This document shows positions 37,642 to 46,375 of a stretch of DNA of 64,000 nucleotides, one piece after another. Both the position numbers and the translations under genes were made by a program. The notes under the pieces are model-generated. The model was not told where the DNA came from. It saw only the letters and a list, made by a program, of their open reading frames with translations, and searched no databases. Position 1 is the first letter of the stretch; the number at the start of each line of letters is the position of its first letter. Source of the DNA: a virus (taxonomy: Duplodnaviria; Caudoviricetes); IMG/VR virus record IMGVR_UViG_3300021399_000158, positions 2,920-66,919 of that record; one strand, 5' to 3'.

Positions 37642-37708
37642 GACAAGGAAGCGGTTAAGCCAACTTGTCGTTTATTTTTTCCAAGGGTTTCTAAAAGGAG
37701 GAACAATT

Positions 37709-38026
37709 ATGAGCATTAAAGAATTCACAAAGGAACACAAAAAAGAAATTTGTATTTGTGCAGCAGCGGCAGCCGCAGGAATAGGAGCAGTTGTTCTGAT
37801 TAGAAAAGGACTCACTCCGAAGTTCAGATATTTCCCCGAGAGACCAGGCGCGATTGGGATTATTGAGGAACTTCCTGATAAAGTTTCAATTGAGTGGTTG
37901 TCAAATGATAACTTTGTTAGAGGTATCTCGTTCGAGCCTGATGAAGCTATTGAGATATCGAAAACGATGGAAACTATGGCGAACGCAATAAAAGAAGGAA
38001 CAACAACCACAGAAATGTTTCTCTAA
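37709..38026 (+). CDS. Hypothetical protein with N-terminal hydrophobic anchor
   Basis: AAAGGAGG RBS; KEHKKEICICAAAAAAGIGAVVL. Confidence 0.65.
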   Translation: MSIKEFTKEHKKEICICAAAAAAGIGAVVLIRKGLTPKFRYFPERPGAIGIIEELPDKVSIEWLSNDNFVRGISFEPDEAIEISKTMETMANAIKEGTTTTEMFL

Positions 38027-38033
38027 AACCCTA

Positions 38034-38070
38034 GTCCTGAGCATGACTATAAACTGCTCTTTTATATTTT
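38034..38070 (+). repeat. 37-bp repeat copy 1 (predicted H-type pseudoknot plus T tract)
   Basis: GTCCTGAGCATGACTATAAACTGCTCTTTTATATTTT, identical at 39683-39719. Confidence 0.8.
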
Positions 38071-38092
38071 CGTTTTAAGAAAGGAGCAAATA

Positions 38093-38623
38093 ATGAATAC
38101 TAAGATTATTGCAGGAATTATTGGTGTGGCGGCAAGCGCAGCAGCTATCGGCGTGTATAAAGTATATTCTGAGATTAAAGAATACCACGAACGCCAGATT
38201 GAGATAATGGCGAACGGTATTGAAATCGAGGTAGACAAAGATCTTGTTGACGAAGCAATCAAACAGCGTATTGACGCTATTGTAAAAAGAGAAGTCGACG
38301 CGTCCTGTGTCATGGCAGTAACGGAGATTCGAAGCGATATTCGCTCGCAAGTAAAAGAAGCTGTAAACGAGTCTTATAACGATGTTAAAGAAGATGTCCA
38401 GAAAGAGATAGAAAGACAAGTCGGCAATGTTGATATTTCTGACGTGAGAAAGGAAGTAATCAGAAAAGCAAAAGACAAAGCTGCTGAGAAGTTTGATGAG
38501 GATCTTAAAGAGATTCTCAACTCATACAACAGAGAACTCGAGAATGTGTCAAGGATATATTCTTCAATCGCCAATAAGATGGATACTTCTCAGAAAGAGA
38601 AATCTATCAACCTTAACCTGTAA
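38093..38623 (+). CDS. Membrane-anchored coiled-coil protein
   Basis: N-terminal TM, long charged helix. Confidence 0.65.
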   Translation: MNTKIIAGIIGVAASAAAIGVYKVYSEIKEYHERQIEIMANGIEIEVDKDLVDEAIKQRIDAIVKREVDASCVMAVTEIRSDIRSQVKEAVNESYNDVKEDVQKEIERQVGNVDISDVRKEVIRKAKDKAAEKFDEDLKEILNSYNRELENVSRIYSSIANKMDTSQKEKSINLNL

Positions 38624-38651
38624 CTTAGGCATATTTGAAAGGAGCCAAGAA

Positions 38652-38894
38652 ATGGTTAATGATCAATTATTAGACGTATTCGAAAGAATGCTTGTAGTAA
38701 AAGTTGTAACTAAGGAGATGGACAGAATAAAAGCTAGGGCAGATTACGTAAATTATCTAGCTAATTCGTGCGAGGAAGACGACGAGAAAGGCTTGAAAAT
38801 GGCGGAATATTGCGCAGAAATGGCGGTTCTGGCTAAGGAAACAGAATTTATGAAAGCGTTACTCGAAGAGACATTGAACACTAAACTGGATTAG
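38652..38894 (+). CDS. Hypothetical protein
   Basis: GAAAGGAG RBS before ATG 38652. Confidence 0.55.
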   Translation: MVNDQLLDVFERMLVVKVVTKEMDRIKARADYVNYLANSCEEDDEKGLKMAEYCAEMAVLAKETEFMKALLEETLNTKLD

Positions 38895-38935
38895 TATTTG
38901 AATCTCTTCTTATATTTGTGAAAGGAGCCAAGAAC

Positions 38936-39670
38936 ATGTTGATGAAACTTTATTGCGTAGGTGCAAAAAACTATATGTACCCAGGAAAGACTCCAGCAGA
39001 GAGTTCTTTTGATGAAGAAAATGACACTTGCGAAAAAACAATACTTTGCTGTATTGCAGAATACGAATTTCGCAAATTTAAAATTGAAATCGAACTGGAG
39101 ACAATTTACACATGGTGTGGAAGCGGTTACACAACTGCCACCTACGGCAATATGTATCCGTATAAAGTACACGACTTTGGTCCTTTAACACATGTTCCGA
39201 AAGACCATAAAAGAATAGAGTTAAAGGGCGTTTTATGGGATACAGAAGAACGCGATATTGTTAAAGACCCAAAAGCTAACGTTGATCTTGAACACGAAAC
39301 TTGGTTTCACGAAGATGATCTCGTTACAAACATCTTCACTTATTCTGCAGATGGAGGAGATTCATATTATCCGAGCGGTGGATGCTATGTGGACTTTGAC
39401 CTGTTCGAAGAACTGCCAAGGGCGTTTAATTGCAGGCCTGTATGGATCTTTTATGGTGATTCTGCATCTGGAAAGTCTACTCTTGCGCATTTCTGTTCAA
39501 CTGATGTCGAAGTATATGAAACAGATTCTGCAGAAAACGGCGTGCTCCCTGATGAAATTTGGGCAGACATTATCGTTGTCGGTAACAAATGGAAAGATAT
39601 TACTTACGAGACAGTAATTGAAAAACTTCCGGAAGACTGTGAAGTCGTAGATGTTGAATTTGGAAGATGA
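38936..39670 (+). CDS. Hypothetical protein with C-terminal Walker A-like motif
   Basis: GAAAGGAG RBS; VWIFYGDSASGKST. Confidence 0.6.
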   Translation: MLMKLYCVGAKNYMYPGKTPAESSFDEENDTCEKTILCCIAEYEFRKFKIEIELETIYTWCGSGYTTATYGNMYPYKVHDFGPLTHVPKDHKRIELKGVLWDTEERDIVKDPKANVDLEHETWFHEDDLVTNIFTYSADGGDSYYPSGGCYVDFDLFEELPRAFNCRPVWIFYGDSASGKSTLAHFCSTDVEVYETDSAENGVLPDEIWADIIVVGNKWKDITYETVIEKLPEDCEVVDVEFGR

Positions 39671-39682
39671 TCCCTCCTAGTT

Positions 39683-39719
39683 GTCCTGAGCATGACTATA
39701 AACTGCTCTTTTATATTTT
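39683..39719 (+). repeat. 37-bp repeat copy 2
   Basis: Identical to 38034-38070. Confidence 0.8.
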
Positions 39720-39739
39720 TTGAAAGGAGTAAAAATCCT

Positions 39740-39913
39740 ATGGGGAAAAATCAAAAAAACAAACCGAGATTAGTCTGTAAAGACGGTCGTTGGTATGAAG
39801 ATGGCAAGCTGCTTAGAAGAAAGGATTATATTTTTCATGCTGACTGCCATGAGGGAGAAATCATCATAACTAAGAAAGATAAGTATCGGTTACGCGAAGC
39901 TATCTATGTTTAA
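39740..39913 (+). CDS. Small basic hypothetical protein
   Basis: GAAAGGAG RBS. Confidence 0.5.
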   Translation: MGKNQKNKPRLVCKDGRWYEDGKLLRRKDYIFHADCHEGEIIITKKDKYRLREAIYV

Positions 39914-39930
39914 CACTAAGGAGGTAACGT

Positions 39931-40131
39931 ATGACTGTTCTTAACATTATATTTCTGATTTGCGGAATGTGCTTTGGATTAGCATTGGGGGTGCTTGCTA
40001 TGCTTACAGCGATTTACATGGATTACAGGAGAGGAGAAACAGAAAAAATCTCCTGGGACGATCTGAAAGTTATATTTGTAGACAACTTTCCAGCTATTAC
40101 GGACGAGGAGATAGCATTGCCGGAGGTGTGA
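39931..40131 (+). CDS. Small membrane protein
   Basis: AAGGAGG RBS; N-terminal TM. Confidence 0.6.
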   Translation: MTVLNIIFLICGMCFGLALGVLAMLTAIYMDYRRGETEKISWDDLKVIFVDNFPAITDEEIALPEV

Positions 40132-40132
40132 G

Positions 40133-40249
40133 ATGTTTAAGCCATACGGATATTTGACAAAGGATGGATACTTCGGACGTTTAGCAGATGGTACATACAG
40201 ACTTTTTCCAACAGAACAGGAATATTTGGAATACATTAAGGAGGCATAG
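40133..40249 (+). CDS. 38-aa hypothetical protein (absent from ORF track)
   Basis: GGAGG RBS; MFKPYGYLTKDGYFGRLADGTYRLFPTEQEYLEYIKEA. Confidence 0.55.
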   Translation: MFKPYGYLTKDGYFGRLADGTYRLFPTEQEYLEYIKEA

Positions 40250-40251
40250 AG

Positions 40252-40743
40252 ATGAAAAAAATTGGAAGAATTACAGAAATAACTACACATTGGGATGGCA
40301 GCGTTGAATTAACTGCTGAGTTTGATGCGTGTGAGACCTTTTGGGATCTTAGGCGGGGGCATTCATTCAAAACAAACAAAGAATTTCTCGCAAAACTCGA
40401 AAACGATCTTGCATTATTTTGGGGTATAACCGAATACGGCATTCGCCATATTTACCACAACAACACTAAGAACGTTACGGTGGTAGTGTGGGAGACAGGA
40501 GACAAAACTAAAGTAAAGCTGGCTGACGGCGAAACCAGCAATATTTACAATGCTGTGGCGGCCGCTGTCATGGAGCGTAAGTACGGATCCAACAGCGCAT
40601 TTAAAGCCAGCATTGAGAAAAATCTCGGCGGCTATTGGGATGCGGCATATTTGGTCATTGCTAGATGGGAAGTCAGCGAAATCTATGGTAGTCGCGAGGC
40701 ATTTAAAAAGATAGTTGACGAGAAACTGATTCTCCAGGGTTAG
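40252..40743 (+). CDS. Hypothetical protein
   Basis: AAGGAGG RBS; TVVVWETGDKTKVK motif. Confidence 0.6.
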   Translation: MKKIGRITEITTHWDGSVELTAEFDACETFWDLRRGHSFKTNKEFLAKLENDLALFWGITEYGIRHIYHNNTKNVTVVVWETGDKTKVKLADGETSNIYNAVAAAVMERKYGSNSAFKASIEKNLGGYWDAAYLVIARWEVSEIYGSREAFKKIVDEKLILQG

Positions 40744-40757
40744 TAAGGAGGCGCGTT

Positions 40758-41159
40758 ATGTCTAGAGGCAGAAAACCACAACCAAACAGCTATATTTGCA
40801 ATCTGAACGAGATCATGTTCAACATCGCATGTAGACAGCAGCCGTCGCAGGGAACCGAGATCGAACTCGTAGTACCTGCGATTTTTTCTTGTCCGCTGGA
40901 AGAGGCTCAGCGGATGATATTCCTGCTTGATAAAAAGATTTATGGCGTCTGCGGCTCTGTATACGACACATTATTAGAACTTGCCGGTTCAACAATGCGA
41001 CGCAACTTCCATATTCTTGACGATTTCCCAGCTGGGGAAAGAAGTACAAAATATGATAAGGACGTCATGGAGGTAATAGCACCGGAGACAGGCGAAAAGT
41101 TATATTTGACCTATTATTGGAGGTCATTGGAGGAAAAGAACTCGGCTTATAGGAGGTAG
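40758..41159 (+). CDS. Hypothetical protein
   Basis: AAGGAGG RBS. Confidence 0.6.
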   Translation: MSRGRKPQPNSYICNLNEIMFNIACRQQPSQGTEIELVVPAIFSCPLEEAQRMIFLLDKKIYGVCGSVYDTLLELAGSTMRRNFHILDDFPAGERSTKYDKDVMEVIAPETGEKLYLTYYWRSLEEKNSAYRR

Positions 41160-41527
41160 AGGAATGGGTGATTCAATTAGCAGAATGACGAAAGAAGAAG
41201 CAATACAATGGTTAATTCGTCCGACAGTTTCCTCAACCGAAATTGGAGAGTTCAAGGCAAAAGAACTTAAAGCCTATGAAATGGCAATAGAAGCCCTGTC
41301 AGAGCCTAAGACAGGGAAGTGGATAAGGGATAGGTGGTATTGGCCAAGAGGTACAGGTATGGGAGAAGAATACAGATTCTTTTATAAGTGTTCATTGTGT
41401 AAATGTGAGGTAGAGGACGGATATCATACAAAGTGCAGTTTCAACTTTTGTCCATACTGCGGTGCAGATATGAGAGACAAGGAATAATGGAGGAAAAGAA
41501 CTCGGCTTATAGGAGGTAGAGGAATGG
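41128..41527 (+). repeat. 40-bp exact direct repeats (41128-41167 and 41488-41527) flanking one gene
   Basis: TGGAGGAAAAGAACTCGGCTTATAGGAGGTAGAGGAATGG twice, 360 bp apart. Confidence 0.9.
41164..41487 (+). CDS. Zn-ribbon protein (paralog 1)
   Basis: EPKTGKWI...YKCSLC...FCPYCGADM. Confidence 0.7.
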   Translation: MGDSISRMTKEEAIQWLIRPTVSSTEIGEFKAKELKAYEMAIEALSEPKTGKWIRDRWYWPRGTGMGEEYRFFYKCSLCKCEVEDGYHTKCSFNFCPYCGADMRDKE

Positions 41528-41790
41528 ATCAAAGGATTACAGGAAGAGAAATAATAGCATTCATCGCTAAGTTCAGGCTCTGGGATGCATATTTAGAAGG
41601 GGATGAAGCAGGAACAATTCCTGGCGGAGGAATCGGCTTACGTGCTCCTGGATGGGGATGCGACGAATGCGAGTTTACGCTTTATGCAAATGGTGAATAC
41701 GAAGTGCACGCGTGGGTTTCTGAAAGCGATGAAGAAGGCGATTGGAGACTAGTGACAAATGGTGATATTTTCAAGGAGGTAGAAGAATGA
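41524..41790 (+). CDS. RLWDAYLE-family protein (paralog 1)
   Basis: GREII.F...FRLWDAYLE...PGWGCDEC...GDIFKE shared with 43205 and 43554. Confidence 0.7.
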   Translation: MDQRITGREIIAFIAKFRLWDAYLEGDEAGTIPGGGIGLRAPGWGCDECEFTLYANGEYEVHAWVSESDEEGDWRLVTNGDIFKEVEE

Positions 41791-42107
41791 TCATTAACAT
41801 CCCGCTGCAGATCGACGACGCAGCAATCGAAGGTAAGTTAGTAGAAGATTACAAGACAAAAGTCTTGGAACGTGTAGAAGAGCGTATTGATAAAGCGCTT
41901 AAAGAGCATGACGATAATTACTGGGGTTATCGTAAAACTGCTCAAAGTGGCCTTGACAATTTGATTAGTAATGAAATTTCTAACAGGATAACAGAGTTCC
42001 TTAACGAAAATCGCGACAAGATCATCGAAACAGCAGCTGAGGATCTTGGTAAGCGTCTGTCAAGAAGTAAAAGAGGTAAAGAGATACTCGAGGGTTTGAA
42101 CAAATGA
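41787..42107 (+). CDS. Hypothetical helical protein
   Basis: ATGA-coupled ORF. Confidence 0.6.
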   Translation: MIINIPLQIDDAAIEGKLVEDYKTKVLERVEERIDKALKEHDDNYWGYRKTAQSGLDNLISNEISNRITEFLNENRDKIIETAAEDLGKRLSRSKRGKEILEGLNK

Positions 42108-42337
42108 GAATCGATAAATGGCTAAGAGAGAAAAAATATCCAGTGAGCGTTACATTCTGGCCGTCTATTCTAGGACTTCGCATCAGGATGAAAGACGAAG
42201 AAACCAATCTGATTCAGGATGCTTTGATCAATTATGATTTGCTTCAGAAGACGCATTTGGATGAGATTGAGTGGACGCTCAATGCTATGTATGACAAACT
42301 CATGAAGAGTCTTGGAAGGGAGGAGGTAAGCAAATGA
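42104..42337 (+). CDS. Hypothetical protein
   Basis: ATGA-coupled ORF. Confidence 0.55.
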   Translation: MRIDKWLREKKYPVSVTFWPSILGLRIRMKDEETNLIQDALINYDLLQKTHLDEIEWTLNAMYDKLMKSLGREEVSK

Positions 42338-42915
42338 AATTCAAAGTAAAATCCAAGGAGGATGGCTATAATGTCAAGCGTGCTATTTTTGATCTGGAAA
42401 GAGAGTGCCAGTATCTGACACTCTATTTTGTTAAAGACCAGACGGTCGAGCATATTCCTGTTCCTGATGATCTCGACTACGTATGGGATATCCACAAGCT
42501 TAGAGAGAGCAGAAAAGCCCGGGTGAGATATTCCAAGAAAGAAGGAGCATGGTATCTGTACTTGCCGGAACCTGAATACCGAGTGCGCAACCTGAGGGTA
42601 TCGACGAGTCCTGAACCGGTAAAAAGCGAGGATGATATTTTTCTCGAAAAACTCTATGAGATGTGTATAGATGTTCTGGAGATGATGGCTGCTAAGAACG
42701 ACGGACGTCGCAAGTGTATGATCTGGAAGAAAAGCAGGAAGAAAGACGTGGAGGTTGAGGAATGGCCGTGCTGGTTCCACTGCTGGAGCAGTAATCGTAT
42801 CGTGAAGGACGATGGCGCAGTCGTCGACAAGCTTCTTGCTGTATGCGAATTCCAGGATGGTCACGTAGAACGTATTAACTTCGATCATATTCGTTTTGTA
42901 GAGGAGTGGGAGTGA
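42334..42915 (+). CDS. Hypothetical protein
   Basis: GGAGG RBS, ATGA-coupled. Confidence 0.6.
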   Translation: MKFKVKSKEDGYNVKRAIFDLERECQYLTLYFVKDQTVEHIPVPDDLDYVWDIHKLRESRKARVRYSKKEGAWYLYLPEPEYRVRNLRVSTSPEPVKSEDDIFLEKLYEMCIDVLEMMAAKNDGRRKCMIWKKSRKKDVEVEEWPCWFHCWSSNRIVKDDGAVVDKLLAVCEFQDGHVERINFDHIRFVEEWE

Positions 42916-43208
42916 TGCAAAAGGTTTATCTCTATACCATCACTTATAAGACCGGTAAGATCAACGAACGAATCGGATATTTACAAGACCGTCACGGAGC
43001 ATGTGGCGGTCTCGTTTTTCAAGAAGAAGGAACTAGAAGGTATTTGACCAATGCTCCTTTGACTGAGGGAGTATTTCGCGGAGCATCTGTATGGTTCTTA
43101 GAACCTAACTTAGAAGGAGCTAAAAAGGTCTTTGAAAAGAAGGCATACGAGATGCAGAAGACATATTTGGATAAGTTTTTACTGGCAGAAGAAAGGAGCT
43201 TGCCATGA
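42915..43208 (+). CDS. Hypothetical protein
   Basis: TGATG-coupled ORF. Confidence 0.55.
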   Translation: MQKVYLYTITYKTGKINERIGYLQDRHGACGGLVFQEEGTRRYLTNAPLTEGVFRGASVWFLEPNLEGAKKVFEKKAYEMQKTYLDKFLLAEERSLP

Positions 43209-43390
43209 AACGGAAAATAAGCGGTATAGAATTAATGCTCTTCTTGACCAGATTCAGACTCTGGGATGCGTATTTGGAAGGATGCAGCACTATAGTAGAC
43301 GGTATCGAGTTCCGTATGCCAGGCTATGGTTGCGACGAGTGTTCCTACACTTTACACAAAAATGGTGATATTTTCAAGGAGTATATGTAA
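43205..43390 (+). CDS. RLWDAYLE-family protein (paralog 2, shortened)
   Basis: FRLWDAYLE...PGYGCDECSYTL...NGDIFKE. Confidence 0.7.
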   Translation: MKRKISGIELMLFLTRFRLWDAYLEGCSTIVDGIEFRMPGYGCDECSYTLHKNGDIFKEYM

Positions 43391-43584
43391 TGACTGATAT
43401 ACCTATCAAGACACTTACCGAAGAATGTTGGTTTAAGTGCCCAAATTTTAAAGTCCAAATAGACGATTTTATTGGAGACGGCTTAATAGCATATAGAATG
43501 CTTCAATGCGAAAACCTTAAAATGTGTAAGCATGCCGTTGAGGAGGCTAAAAAATGGAACAACAAATCACCGGAAGAGAGATAA
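43390..43584 (+). CDS. Small Cys-containing hypothetical protein
   Basis: TAATG-coupled; CxxxC...CxxxxxC. Confidence 0.5.
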   Translation: MTDIPIKTLTEECWFKCPNFKVQIDDFIGDGLIAYRMLQCENLKMCKHAVEEAKKWNNKSPEER

Positions 43585-43811
43585 TGCTGTTCATTACCAT
43601 GTTCAGGCTGTGGGATGCGTATCTGGAGACTGATATTCATATGGCCGGAGCATTTGAGTTACGAGCACCAGGCTTTGGATGCGACGAATGCTCTTACACG
43701 CTTTATAACAATGGTCAATACGAAATCGAAGGTTGGATAGACCCAGAACCTGGTAATGATGGCGAATGGGAGCTCATATTATCAGGCGATATTTTCAAGG
43801 AGGGCGAGTAA
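43554..43811 (+). CDS. RLWDAYLE-family protein (paralog 3)
   Basis: GREIMLF...FRLWDAYLE...PGFGCDECSYTL...GDIFKE. Confidence 0.7.
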   Translation: MEQQITGREIMLFITMFRLWDAYLETDIHMAGAFELRAPGFGCDECSYTLYNNGQYEIEGWIDPEPGNDGEWELILSGDIFKEGE

Positions 43812-43993
43812 TGGTATTAGAAATAGTGGATAAGATCTGGGTGCTAGCGATAACCGCTTTGGTGTTGTGGCAAGGCTATGATATTCGCAAGCTCAAAGAA
43901 GGGCAAAGCAAGTTATCACATTGTTACTTGTTTCTCCTTGACAAAGAAGCAAGAAGAGCAAAGAAGGAGGCTGAAGAACATGGAAAGCGATAA
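43811..43993 (+). CDS. Small membrane-anchored protein
   Basis: TAATG-coupled; N-terminal TM. Confidence 0.5.
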   Translation: MVLEIVDKIWVLAITALVLWQGYDIRKLKEGQSKLSHCYLFLLDKEARRAKKEAEEHGKR

Positions 43994-44198
43994 TATGAAA
44001 TTCGTAAAGTTCCGTAAGTACTGCGGAACTTGTAAGCATAGGGAGATCAAAGACTCCTGGAATCCGAATATTGGTACGTACGATGGTGAGAAATGGTCTG
44101 GTAAGGATGCGGGAGAGGAGCATTATCCCTGTTGTGATTGTTTGGAAGTAGGAGCACGCTATGGTACAGAAGTGCCTGAGAAGTGGGAGGCGAAGTGA
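43980..44198 (+). CDS. Small Cys-motif protein
   Basis: YCGTCKH...PCCDC. Confidence 0.55.
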   Translation: MESDNMKFVKFRKYCGTCKHREIKDSWNPNIGTYDGEKWSGKDAGEEHYPCCDCLEVGARYGTEVPEKWEAK

Positions 44199-44503
44199 TG
44201 AAGGAAATGCGTACTATAGGAGATCTGAAAGAAAGCGGAATGTTAACAGGCATGTATGACGGACTTTTTAAATACTATAAAGCAAAAATAGCGGATCCTT
44301 TTGTTCATTGGGATGATGGAGACACTACGCATAAATCAGATTCGCAATTAAAGAGAGAATTTCTTAAGGAAAATGTGAGCGTTCTCGAAAAGATGAAAGG
44401 CGTTGCTGATGAAATTGGATTTGGAATGCTGCGAAAAGGTAAGAAATATGAGCAGTTGAAAATGATATGCAGTAATTTAGGAATCGAATTGGAGGAGAAC
44501 TAA
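44198..44503 (+). CDS. Hypothetical protein
   Basis: GGAGG RBS, coupled. Confidence 0.55.
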   Translation: MKEMRTIGDLKESGMLTGMYDGLFKYYKAKIADPFVHWDDGDTTHKSDSQLKREFLKENVSVLEKMKGVADEIGFGMLRKGKKYEQLKMICSNLGIELEEN

Positions 44504-45246
44504 TGGATAAAGTATTTATTAAGAAAAATACTCTTGGCGATACAAGAACTGCGGAGTATATGCCGAGCAGAGAAGAATTTAATGACGCAAACGAACGCCA
44601 TATCGAAGATGTTAAAAACCTTACAATGTCATTTTGCGATGAGATGTTGAAACGTATATCGCACCACGATTGGACAAAAATGTCAGAGCCGTTTGCTACT
44701 ATGTTTTATAACAATATGGAAGCAAACATCGAAGATGGTAAAGAGCCTTTCACCGATATGGAATGGTACAAATGGCATGTTAACGTCGAAAGACACCATC
44801 TAAACGACCGTGTTCCTGATGATGTTGATTTGATAGACGTAGTTGAAAGGCTGGCCGATTGTGTTTCGGCAGGTATGGCAAGAAGCGGATCGGTTTACGA
44901 TGTAACAGTGTCGGATGATGTTTTGCAAAAAGCAGTAGCTAATACTGTTAAAAAGATGATCGACGCTGTTATTGTTTATAAATCAGTTGACGATTTGGTT
45001 GATTACTGGATAGGAGGAAAAACCATGCGATTAGGACAAATCAAACACAACCGTATCCGCTGTAAGAAATGCGGAGATGTAATCGAATCAAAAACCAGGC
45101 ATGATTTTGTCATGTGTCAATGTGGCGCATGCGGTGTCGATGGCGGACACGACTATGCGAAACGTGTCTGGGATGGTAAAGCTAATTCTCCATATGAGGT
45201 CTATGAGGATCTTACGGAGTATGTGGAGGATGAGAGCAATGATTGA
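44503..45246 (+). CDS. HD-like domain fused to C-terminal Zn finger
   Basis: HHDWTK...H...HH...D pattern; C-terminal RCKKCGDVIES...CQCGACGVDGG; in-frame internal RBS/ATG near 45025. Confidence 0.5.
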   Translation: MDKVFIKKNTLGDTRTAEYMPSREEFNDANERHIEDVKNLTMSFCDEMLKRISHHDWTKMSEPFATMFYNNMEANIEDGKEPFTDMEWYKWHVNVERHHLNDRVPDDVDLIDVVERLADCVSAGMARSGSVYDVTVSDDVLQKAVANTVKKMIDAVIVYKSVDDLVDYWIGGKTMRLGQIKHNRIRCKKCGDVIESKTRHDFVMCQCGACGVDGGHDYAKRVWDGKANSPYEVYEDLTEYVEDESND

Positions 45247-45508
45247 TTTAATCAGCAGAAGAATGCCAAAGGAAACAGCGATAGCACTACTTAATAATCT
45301 TCGTGCATTTTCTGAAGAAGATGATGAACCTGCTATCGACATGGCTATCGAAGCGCTGTCAGAGCTGAAGACGGGGGAGTGGGTATTAAAGCCGATTCTA
45401 CCTGATATTCACAGATACATGTGTTCGAATTGCAAAAGTCATCACAGAAAAAGATATAATTATTGCCCATCGTGCGGAGCAATGATGATAGGTGAGAATA
45501 GTGAGTAA
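45239..45508 (+). CDS. Zn-ribbon protein (paralog 2)
   Basis: ELKTGEWV...YMCSNC...YCPSCGAMM. Confidence 0.65.
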   Translation: MIDLISRRMPKETAIALLNNLRAFSEEDDEPAIDMAIEALSELKTGEWVLKPILPDIHRYMCSNCKSHHRKRYNYCPSCGAMMIGENSE

Positions 45509-45908
45509 GATTATGGTTGATACAGAGAATGATTTAATCAGCAGACAGGATGCGATTCGATGGGTAAAAACCGAATGCAATCCATACGGAAAACCTACGC
45601 TTGATTTTGAAAGCGGCAAAAAGGTCATAAAGCATCTGAAGCAGATGCCATCCAGACTCACCGAGTACAAAACATTCTACGGTGTTCCGATCAAAGAGGC
45701 TGCGAGAATTGTACAGGAGTATAACGCAGAGCCGAAGACAGGTAAGTGGGTAGAAGTCGATTGTTATGAGAGTGAAAAACACAGTATAACCGACATGCGG
45801 TGTAGCCTATGTGGGAAGTATGCATCAATAGTTTTGCCCCATAGGACGAGATGTGTATACAACTTCTGCCCAAACTGCGGAGCGAAGATGAGAGGTGAGG
45901 AAGAATGA
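45501..45908 (+). CDS. Zn-ribbon protein (paralog 3)
   Basis: DLISRQDAI...EPKTGKWV...RCSLCG...FCPNCGAKM. Confidence 0.65.
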   Translation: MSKIMVDTENDLISRQDAIRWVKTECNPYGKPTLDFESGKKVIKHLKQMPSRLTEYKTFYGVPIKEAARIVQEYNAEPKTGKWVEVDCYESEKHSITDMRCSLCGKYASIVLPHRTRCVYNFCPNCGAKMRGEEE

Positions 45909-46096
45909 AAAAGATAACCGTAGAAATGCCAGACAACATTGATTGTCTAATCATAACTTACTTGCAATCGGTTTCTCTCGGGAACATCTATGTGGGGCAG
46001 AAAATAGCGGTGAACAATGATATATCAGATGGGTCGGTGGTGGTTATCGACACATCAAAGACGGATGTGTATATTACAGGCGGTGAAGAAGAATGA
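45905..46096 (+). CDS. Hypothetical protein
   Basis: ATGA-coupled. Confidence 0.5.
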   Translation: MKKITVEMPDNIDCLIITYLQSVSLGNIYVGQKIAVNNDISDGSVVVIDTSKTDVYITGGEEE

Positions 46097-46224
46097 CGAA
46101 GTTGAAATTATTTTTGTCCAAATCAAAACGTGACGAATGGGTTAGAAGTTATTTGAATGATCACCCTGAGGCATGGGTTGCTTCTGGTAACTTTCTATGC
46201 TTCTACACAGCATATGTATTTTAA
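46093..46224 (+). CDS. 43-aa hypothetical protein (absent from ORF track)
   Basis: ATGA-coupled; MTKLKLFLSKSKRDEWVRSYLNDHPEAW... Confidence 0.4.
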   Translation: MTKLKLFLSKSKRDEWVRSYLNDHPEAWVASGNFLCFYTAYVF

Positions 46225-46375
46225 TTAGAAAGGGGACATGAAATGAGGATAGGGAGTGAAATACCTATGGCAAAAGAGGTCAAAGCTATGACTGTAGAAG
46301 ACCTCGTCGCTATAGCAGAAAAATACGATATGTATTTGAGCATATCATTGACACCATTAAACGAGGAGGCAGAGA

